Part shown: one piece after another, positions 55,124-64,000 of the stretch
How positions within the stretch are numbered: position 1 is the first letter of the stretch
Layout of the letters: each line of letters opens with the position of its first letter
DNA from: Adineta vaga
Lineage: Eukaryota > Animalia > Rotifera
Assembly: GCA_021613535.1 (NCBI GenBank)
Contig: CP075492.1
Coordinates: 16,988,001 to 17,052,000, forward strand
Direction of reading: 5' to 3'
Length of the DNA: 64,000 nucleotides
Program-made: the position numbers and the translations under genes
Notes under the pieces: model-generated
The model's input: only the letters and a program-made list of their open reading frames with translations
What the model was told of the DNA's origin: nothing
Database searches by the model: none

Positions 55124-56318
55124 TCAAGTATTTTCTTGTACATGAGAATAGTAATCGTGAAGGATTTGATCGACACCTTCGGTTGTTAGTAGACACGTGT
55201 CAGCCAAATATTTGATGTTCTGAGTAACTTGTTTGATGTGAGCGTCTGAGAGGCTAATATTAAGGTCGTTGGCTCGTAAACGAATTGCATGCCAACCGGT
55301 CAGACGATGACCAATGTGAAGAGACCGTGAAACTCCAAACTCGCTCGGGTCCAATATTTCATAAGTCAATGGATTCGCAGCAACAGCCTTGATATGTAAA
55401 CCTGCTTTATGCGTAAAAGCGTATGCACCTGTTATGTAATTGTTAAAAGGTATCTCAATATTGCAGGCTACTGCAACAGTTTTCTCCAAATCGCTAAGCA
55501 TCTTTATGCTATATTTATTCTTGATGTATTCTTTGTCTGCGACGTACATTCGTGCGCATAGTCCGCCGAGCGAAGTTATACCGTTCCTTTCGCCAATTCC
55601 AAGTACGCAGGTATCTATATGTGTTGCTCCTGCTTCTAAAGCAGCATACGCATTGGCAATAGCGCAACCAGTATCGTTATGAAAGTGCACCTCAATATCG
55701 CACGAGACATGTCTGCGAACTGTTTGAACTAGCTCGTACACTTGTCGCGGATGTGCGACGCCAACCGTGTCTGCAATTCCAACTCGATCTACGCCAATCT
55801 TGTCTACAGTTGTGTAAATTGACAGTATATCAGCAAGATTCGATCGAAAAGTATCCTCTGTCGAGAAGCGAACTTCCAAGCCGTTGTCTTTAAGAAAATT
55901 TATCACCTCAATGGCTGTCTTCTCAATATGAGCCATTCCTTTGCCATGTGAGTGTGTGCACAGCAAAGGAGACATACCAAAAAATACATTCACCCCAGTC
56001 ACACCAGTTGCGACTGCAATTTTTGCATCTTCCATATTGCAACGAATGTGTGTAAGCATCTTGGCATTTAATCCAAGCTGGCATATTGCTTCACAGTCTA
56101 ATTTGCTCTGCGGTGAAGCCATAGGAGAGGTGACTTCTATATACTCGACACCGAAAGAATCGAGAAGTTTAGCGATTTTGATTTTCGTCTCCATATCGAA
56201 GAATACGCTAGCGAATTGTTCACCTTCACGAAGAGTACTTTCTATGATCGAAAAGTTACTCACACGAGTGCTTGGATCTTTCTTACTGGTATCATCGTTG
56301 TCATCTAATGTTTTCCAT
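55124..56318 (-). CDS. LYS20: Homocitrate synthase, fungal Lys20/Lys4-type; intronless; true start uncertain
   Basis: [61 protein letters not shown]. The ATG at 56318 is one base out of frame across an A-run. Confidence 0.92.
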
Positions 56319-56925
56319 GATGTTCCAGAAGAGATTTGGTAGAACCAAAGAGAATAATTGAAGACAAACCATTGAAGATATGAATATATCAATGATATAA
56401 TGCCTCCAATTTTGAAAACCCGGGAAAGAGCATGAATATTTTCTTTAGTTGACCTTCTGATGTTACTTTTGATTATTCTCGTTCTTCATTCGTTTTTACC
56501 TAAAAATGCTCGAATACTTGTTTTTTGTTGCATCTTCAAACATTTAAAAGAATTGTGTACTTTCTTTCTGTCATGTCGTTACTCATGACTGTAAGTGGCA
56601 CTTTGATGTATTTTTCAGTAAGGAAAAAAAATTAACGTTGGGGAATTCTCTCTTTCTTATTAAATTGATGTAAAAGAAATTTCCAACTTTTTCTCTCGTC
56701 GTATGTGACATACTTTTTTGCGCTTACATAGTAGTTCATGAATAAATATTTCGGAGAAAAGGCAATTACCTAGGAAGTAACTACGCTGAGTAGTGAAGAA
56801 GAAACACAGTTATGTACCATCTGTATGCATACTTCACTGCACTATCCTTCTGAATTTCGATAAGATAAGATATACCTAGTCACATTTATACATCAATCCT
56901 CACCCTTATTTGTTTTCTAGATACA

Positions 56926-57654
56926 ATGAATTTTGATGCAGATAATATTCAGTTCTCTAATGAACAATTGTCTAATATTAAAAACATTTTGCAAAACAAA
57001 GGTTATATTCGACTCCAGTTTTCAGCAGATGACTTAGAAAATGATAATACAAACTTAGAAACCAATGTTGTCGATATTATCACCAGATTTGGAGGCCAAT
57101 GTGTACCCCATAATAAAGATCCGAACTCGTTTGTTTGGCATGTTCGACCAGCAAACACTGCCGATACAACGACACGCTCCAACACAAATGATGAGATTCC
57201 GTGGCATACTGACTGCGCCTTTGAAATAGATCCACCAGAATATCAAGCACTTTTCGTTGTAGAACCAGATAATCTAGGCGGCGGACAGTTACAAATCGTT
57301 CGTGTCAATGATGTCATACAGTTTCTGTCGGCTGAAAGCATAAAGGCGTTAATGACCGAAAAGTTTAAATTTAAAATTAAACGCGAGTATCAAAAATTCG
57401 ATGATATAGATTATCTCGAAGCACCTATCTTGTTCGGTAATAATGAAATCCGTTATCGATCTGACATTGATAGTCCTTTTCATTCGGCACTCAACGATCT
57501 TAACTTGGCGATTAGCCAATCACCGATATTCATTCCCTGCCTGGAAAAATACACGATGATTATTGCCAACAATCGAAAATTCCTCCATAGACGAACAAAA
57601 ATTGTTGATCCGCAACGTCATTTACTTCGAATTCGGTTTAACTTTACGTCTTGA
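56926..57654 (+). CDS. TauD/TfdA (clavaminate-synthase-like) Fe(II)/2-oxoglutarate dioxygenase
   Basis: WHTD (HxD), GGG.L, NNRKFLHRRT, RHLLRIRF. Confidence 0.88.
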   Translation: MNFDADNIQFSNEQLSNIKNILQNKGYIRLQFSADDLENDNTNLETNVVDIITRFGGQCVPHNKDPNSFVWHVRPANTADTTTRSNTNDEIPWHTDCAFEIDPPEYQALFVVEPDNLGGGQLQIVRVNDVIQFLSAESIKALMTEKFKFKIKREYQKFDDIDYLEAPILFGNNEIRYRSDIDSPFHSALNDLNLAISQSPIFIPCLEKYTMIIANNRKFLHRRTKIVDPQRHLLRIRFNFTS

Positions 57655-57674
57655 GTGCATCAAGATATGACCTA

Positions 57675-58273
57675 TGAGGTAATCCATGGGATTGCAACCA
57701 CATTATACACAACCTTCTCCAAGTTGAATAAAACTTTCAGGATTTGTAGATCATACGAAGGGATGAAAATAGTTATGGTTAGTGTCATAAATATCTGGAA
57801 GTGATCATATGTAGCGATCATGATTTTTACCGACACTCTCAAACGATATGAGAAAATGTTATTTTCTTAGAAATCTAAATTGTTGAGAAATCAATTCCCT
57901 ACAAAACTCTTTATGTGGCTATATCCAGATATAAATTTTTATGTAACTTCTTTTATCACAAAGATGTAGACTAAAATAGGGTGGATGATCTGAATATATC
58001 AAGGTATACTGTAACAAAAATTCAACATTTTACAGTCACAGGCTCTGAGAATCTGTAAGATGGTTGATACTTTAGCATTCGAAATGAAAAACTTTTTCTC
58101 ATATCACCTGAGAGATCGGTAAAAGTCGTGATCGCTATATATGACCACTCCCAGAAATTCTGAAACTAACTATAAATATGTTCATCCCTTCGTATGATCT
58201 ACAAATCGTGAAAGTTTCATTTAATTTGAAGAAGGTTGTGTATAATGTGGTTGAGATCCCGTGGATTACCCCC
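57675..58273. mobile_element. MITE with long (~190 bp) imperfect TIRs and TA flanks
   Basis: GGTAATCC..CAACCACATTATACACAACCTTCT..GATTTGTAGATCATACGAAGGGATGAA mirrored at the right end. Confidence 0.85.
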
Positions 58274-58916
58274 TATATTTTCTTTTTTTCTTTTGGAATT
58301 TTCGATCTTCATTCGATCATTTTCAACTTTTTTACATAAATCTTATACATTGATGTTACAATCTTGACAAGCATGAACTTTAGAGAATATAGATTTTGTT
58401 GATGTTTTCGATCATAACTAGCTGTTTTCCTTTCTATGACCGTAGATATACAAATACTTGAAAATGTATCCGAATACCTACATGCTTTTTCTTATTTTTT
58501 GTTTCTTGAAAATCGTTTACATCGTGAAAATGATCTTTTCATTTTGCATTGCATATTTTAATCTGAAAATACGTTCTTTTTCAAAGGAACAAAGTACACG
58601 AAAAGACGAATTGTGATACGCTTTATAAACTAAAGAGTATAATTCTTATCTACATTGCACGCTGTTCGTTTTGTAAGAAGGCAAAACTTTATTGTGTGAT
58701 AAAGACGAGAATTTCTTTCGTCTTTCATCTTTTTATCACATATACATTTTCGTAAAGAACAAAAACTATTACAAGGTATGGCATGAAAAGTCTTATAGCG
58801 TATAGAACAAAACTAATCGTTATTATATACTTTTTGCTTTCGTAAAATAGAAAAACTCTCTGCGATCAAGTTTTGTATGAGTAGAAATTGATCGCACAAA
58901 ATTCTATTTTTATGAC

Positions 58917-59433
58917 AGGAAGCGGCTAAGTACATCCAGATAGATACAATGAATTAATTATTAAAATTAAGTTACATCATAGTTTTATATGCGCTTGACT
59001 ATCAAGAAGCGTTGAATATCAAAATCGATCAATCTGCTAAATTGAAGTTTTCTCTGAAAATATATCCCGACAATCATGTGATCTGTTGTAATCACATATT
59101 ATTCGTGTACCAAATACTGGTGTTGCGATAATAATGTTTCTTGTGAAACTTCTGTTTTAATGGTGATCAAGTCAAGACATTGTAGACATTGAAAACTGAC
59201 TTTGGCGAAGCATTTTGCTAAGGTATGTAAGAATTCGCCACTAAAATAATATTCGAGTTTTAAGATAGTCAATGCATCTTGTCAGCTTGAATTCTGTTTT
59301 CAGTGTAGTACAATAAATTGTAATACTATTAACGGTAAAAGTTTCATCAGTTGTAACATTCAACGCTTCTTAATAGTCAAGCGTATATAATCATATATAC
59401 CTATGTCCATCCGGGTGTACATAGCTACTCCCT
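58917..59433. mobile_element. MITE/foldback element
   Basis: Inverted arms TATATGCGCTTGACTATCAAGAAGCGTTGAAT / ATTCAACGCTTCTTAATAGTCAAGCGTATATA, plus matching termini. Confidence 0.75.
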
Positions 59434-59671
59434 TTATGAAAACAATAAACATCTAATCAAACAGCCTTTGTATTGCAGATTGTAAGACTTTTCTTACTGT
59501 ATTTTGTAGTATAATCTTCTTTTTAATAGAAGCGTATTTTTAGTTATATCAATTCTTTTCTGTGGGTGTAGATGAGATAGTGTGGAACAAAAGAAGATTT
59601 ATCCACACGCATATCCTCTTTCGAGTAGGTAATTTCATTTCTTGTCTTTTAGAACTTCTTCCAATTCGAAT

Positions 59672-61498
59672 ATGACCTCGAATTATACAGACAACAATAA
59701 AACAGCAGAGCACAGAGTTCGTTTTTCTGACATTGAAGAGAATTCTAACAGAAAATTAATGCCCATTCAAGGTTATGCAGACGAACCTCTTGTTTCCATT
59801 GAGCAAGCCGTTGAACCTCTGGTGTCCATTCTTCATGATGTAATGAATATGGCATTATGTGCCAAATGGAAATGTTCTGATCCTCCAGCAAATCAACTCA
59901 CGATTGATCAGTCAGCTGCAGTTCTGCTCTATTCAATGGAATGGCCACCACAAAATAAATGTCTTTACTTTGTTTTAAATGCGACATTGCGCGACGAAAA
60001 TCGACAAAAACTAAAACCTTGGTTTCGCTATCTGAAGTTGCTACTTACAGCATTTTCTCATCTACCATCGGCTCATCGCACTATGTCTATCGTGGTATAA
60101 AATGTGATCTAAGATCTGACTATCACAAAGGACAAACAGTCATTTGGTGGGGTTTTAGTTCGTGCACTCGTACAATGGATGTTCTAAAAAATGAACAATT
60201 TCTGGGTTCAACAGGTGCTAGAACTCTCTTCGCAATCGAATGTGATAGTGGAAAAGACATACGACAACATTCTGTTTACCAAAATGAAGACGAAATTCTT
60301 CTTCCACCCGCTCGACATTTTGAAGTTGTTGCATGTCTACCTCAAGGCAAAGATCTATGCATTATACAGCTCAAAGAAACCAAATTACCTTTTCGTCTAA
60401 TTGAACTTGTTCCAGAGGTGAATTCATTAGATTCTATATAGTTCTTTTTTCATACATATCCTATATTTATTTGTATCTAGACTACTAAAACAACAACAAT
60501 CAATACAAACTCAGGTTTTAGTCAATCATCAACATTACCCTTGCACATGTATTTATATGAAAATCTATATACTTCTATAATATAGTCTATTGTCTTATAA
60601 TTTTACTAGGTACAATATCAACAGTAATATGAAAGGTAGGATTTCTATCACTTCAATACCGTACTTTTTGGTAAATATACAACTGTATTAGAAGCGAACT
60701 ATGCGGTTGATTCTTTTGTTTAAAGTTGAGCGGCAAAATTCTTGCAAAACATTTTGATTCGAATGGAATATTGACTATCACTATAAATAAAACTGACGAA
60801 GCATAATGTAAAATGAGAGAGGGTGCAGAAGATTTTGTTATCTCTTTCCACGAGAATATCTTCTAAGAAACGATTTTCAGTAGGAGTCGATATCTATAAG
60901 CAAAAAGATCAAATATCTGGCTATTCACATAATCGTATGATCATCATTAGGTTTGTTCTTTTGTTTATCCATTTATCATATGTAAACGAAAATATATTCT
61001 ACAGAATATCAGTAAAATACGATTCAACTCACTCTAAGCACCAATTGATTTTAACAAATTTTTCTACGACAAATGACTTGAAAGAAGATTTCACCAATGG
61101 AGAATTTGAGCCTTTATTAATCGAAAATATCTTTAAGTCAGTCAGTAGTTGCAGTATTGGTTAAAGCTTTTATTTTGTTAATATTCTGTAGTATTAATTC
61201 GAAATTGTCACGACCTGTTAGATACTATGACATTTTTTAACATTTTCATTTAGATGCACAAACAACTCAATCATCAACAATACCTGTTCAATCGTCTTCA
61301 ACACACAATCTTTGTCCTGATTGTCGTGCTCGTGATGTGGTTTATTTTCCTCCTATTTATCCAGGTCCTGGTTATAGTCCTATTCTTCGTACACCTGCCA
61401 TGGTTTCTCTTGGTTATTACGTTTCTTCTCCTAGTGATTATTATGCTCGTCGTCATGGTTATGACTATATCCGTTGTAACTGTGTTTGTCATTCATAA
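59672..61498 (+). pseudogene. R-S-E ADP-ribosyltransferase with a frameshift near 60080 and a spliced Cys/His C-terminal tail (pseudogene or assembly error)
   Basis: GYADEPLVSIEQAV, LY.VLN..LR, frame change before VYRG, WWGFSSCT, QNEDEILL; small exons 60481-60548, 60610-60635, 61254-61498. Confidence 0.7.
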
Positions 61499-63472
61499 TA
61501 GACTATTGTTATTTCATCTGATATTTGTTAACAAACTAAAACTGCGATCTGTGAGAGTGTAGGTGTTGCATTTTCCCATTATTATTGTTGGATTTGTTTT
61601 TGTAAGACATACAAAACAATACAAAGAAAATCAAGTTTCAAGCAAAATGTGAAATAGAAATAAAAGTTTCTATTCATTCAATGTAAACACAATAAGTCAC
61701 GCGTTCATAAAAAGCAAAATAAATCATTATGTGTCATTAAAGTTAAACAGAGAAAGTTTCAAATATCATTGATATGTTCGCCGTCGCCATTTTAAAACGA
61801 TTCTTTAAATTTTTTCATATAAAGATAAGTATTGATGGTATATATATGATATAAAAAAAGCACTTTGATATAATCATAACTGTTGCGTTGCATTTACACA
61901 AATCTCGCATTTGTTGTTTTAACTGACTAATTTGTTGTATCGTCTTGACGAAATTCCATTTGCTTCTTGAATTTTCTAATGAATAATTCTCTTGCCTTTT
62001 ACACTGCAAACAATTGCATATCAGCATCATGCACTGCCTATTTTTGTTCTTTTCACTATAGTGCCCTCACACATTGCTTTGACCTTGGAAAATCGATTTT
62101 TAATACTTGAGATGGTCTAGTTCGAACACTGATTCACTCAGTCAACGATCATTTCCATTTCTTCTAACGTGAAATGTTCTTGAACATCTTAGTCGTGGAT
62201 GTCATCATACTCGTTCGTCTCCTCATTACTATCTTTCTTCTCGAATATCCCATCAAACTCATAATCGAATTCAAGAATGTGATAAGAGAAAAGCTCAGTC
62301 AAGTAGCTGTATTTAAAACCCCTCAAAACGTCGAACACTATTCTTGAAGTAGATATTTTGTTAGCAGTCTTGGAACGTTCGGAATATGCATACTTTTTAA
62401 TCAAAAAACTAATCTCTTTAGGTCTAATCTGTATCATATACAATGAATAAATAGAGTAGGTGTTCAATCGAGACTTTTCAAAGCCAATAGTAAAATGGTG
62501 AGGAAATAAGTCAAACAAGTCTTTTCACAGAGTGTATTTATCATGCGACCACATCGAGCAAGATTAACAGCCAAGAATGTATGTTTGCTAACTTTTCTAA
62601 AATGTAATTCATTTCTACTTTGATTAATTTACTTGAAGTTTAATAGTAAAATAAATTTATGGAAAAATGTTTTAACATTTCTCTTTGGCAATATTTTTTT
62701 TGTTTATTTATCGTACAATTTTTCAAAAACTACAACTGTTTCCTATTAATTGTTAGAAATTTGCAGTCGTATCTAATGAAATAGTATTCCCATTCAGTAA
62801 GATAGTATCAGTATTTATACCGTACTTGTCCATCTCTGCGAAGCAATACTTAGACGCATTTAGATATCGATTCGAGCGAGTGAAAAGAAAACGTATTCCA
62901 TTACAAGCGTGAATTTGTTAAAAGTTATATATCGAACAGTTTGAGAATCGAAAATAATGATGGTATTGCTGTTGGTACGTGCACCGGAAAATCGTCGCAT
63001 TTCGGTTTAGATAATTTTTCCAACTTGACATCATGGATCTCGTCACTCATCTGAATTGATATTATTATAATTAAATGTTAAAAAGAAATATCTTTGACTA
63101 AGACTATTAAATATGAAAATTTTCTCAGGTTACATTCTCAATTGTATCTCTTTCAAATTAACTATTTGCAATTTGCTTCAGTTGCAAAAAAAAACACATG
63201 TCTTCTCACTACTACATTGAATGTTACACAACCAGTGACGTACCTTTATTCCTTTTTTACCTCATCACGCATGCATTGAATGCGCGTTGCATCGGTTATA
63301 TATCTTATATAATCACATATGAAGAGAACAAAAAAGACGATGACGAAGCAATTTTTTTCCTTTTAAGTATAGTGACGGTAACGATGTTATATATATATAA
63401 GAGCATATAAAGTGCATTTACTTTTCATATTTACGAAAAATTTTCTTTGTGATCAACTCTCTCTTATTTGCA

Positions 63473-64000
63473 ATGGCAACAGTAAAACAACAGCAACGCA
63501 TCATTCTTGTTACTGGTGCTAATAGAGGTCTCGGTTTTGAAGTTGTCAAAAAACTTTTGAAACAATCGTCCGCAAATAATGATTTAATTTTACTTGGTTG
63601 TCGAGATTTAAAACGTGGTCAAGACGCTATCAAAGAATTAGGTTCACCATCCAACGTACAAGCGCTTCAATTGGATACATCTTCACCCGACAGTATTGTT
63701 CAAGCGACTAATGAAATTAAACAGAAATATGGAGGTAAACTAGATATTCTCATTAATAATGCTGCCATTGTATCAGGTGAACTGACTGTTGCCGATGCTC
63801 GTCAAGTTTTTGCCACTAATTATTATGGAATAAAACTAATCAATCAAAATCTATCTCCATTGATTAGAGAACATGGTCGTATAGTTAATGTAACAAGTGA
63901 AGTAGGTGCTTGGGTATTACATGACATATCAATCGATCTCCAAAATAAATATACATCATCAACATTGACTGAAGAGCAAATTGATGCACTTGTAGAAGAA
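63473..64000 (+). CDS. Short-chain dehydrogenase/reductase (carbonyl reductase-like), runs off the window
   Basis: LVTGANRGLG, LGCRD, LQLD, LDILINNAA, TNYYG, RIVNVTS. Confidence 0.9.
   Translation, partial: MATVKQQQRIILVTGANRGLGFEVVKKLLKQSSANNDLILLGCRDLKRGQDAIKELGSPSNVQALQLDTSSPDSIVQATNEIKQKYGGKLDILINNAAIVSGELTVADARQVFATNYYGIKLINQNLSPLIREHGRIVNVTSEVGAWVLHDISIDLQNKYTSSTLTEEQIDALVEE

Noticed and set aside
61254-61562. 102-aa hydrophobic ORF as a membrane protein
   Set aside because: It is an alternative frame of the terminal ART exon; the splice phase supports the Cys-rich frame.
2026-61580. Hairpins as a CRISPR array or bacterial REP/terminator elements
   Set aside because: They are dispersed rather than arrayed, the context is eukaryotic with introns, and there are no cas genes or consistent U-tails.
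61815-62518. Cys-containing short minus-strand ORFs, possibly a decayed transposase
   Set aside because: No recognisable motif.

Overview
AT-rich eukaryotic DNA with short GT-AG introns. The gene content (expanded orphan GPCRs, many ADP-ribosyltransferases, bacterial- and fungal-type genes, TGAGGG/TGTGGG motifs) points to a bdelloid rotifer (inference). About 17 genes or pseudogenes are visible: two bacterial-type papain proteases, a membrane-anchored PARP-like protein, a Gly-rich orphan, three GPCRs, four R-S-E-type ART fusion genes, a DDX60-like helicase, a Ly6 protein, a ZZ-finger protein, a triple-module membrane protein, a fungal-type homocitrate synthase divergent from a TauD dioxygenase, and an SDR. 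There are also MITEs and gag and FG-GAP remnants. The most novel signals are: (1) about 15 or more tiny inverted telomere-repeat hairpins concentrated at gene 3' ends and at truncation points; (2) a single-chain, three-module 2-TM/Cys-rich protein resembling a pre-assembled trimeric channel; (3) a homocitrate synthase with Asn at the lysine-feedback Asp, paired with an Fe/2OG dioxygenase; (4) a dense set of NAD+-consuming sensor-effector fusions near DDX60. All exon boundaries were read by eye.
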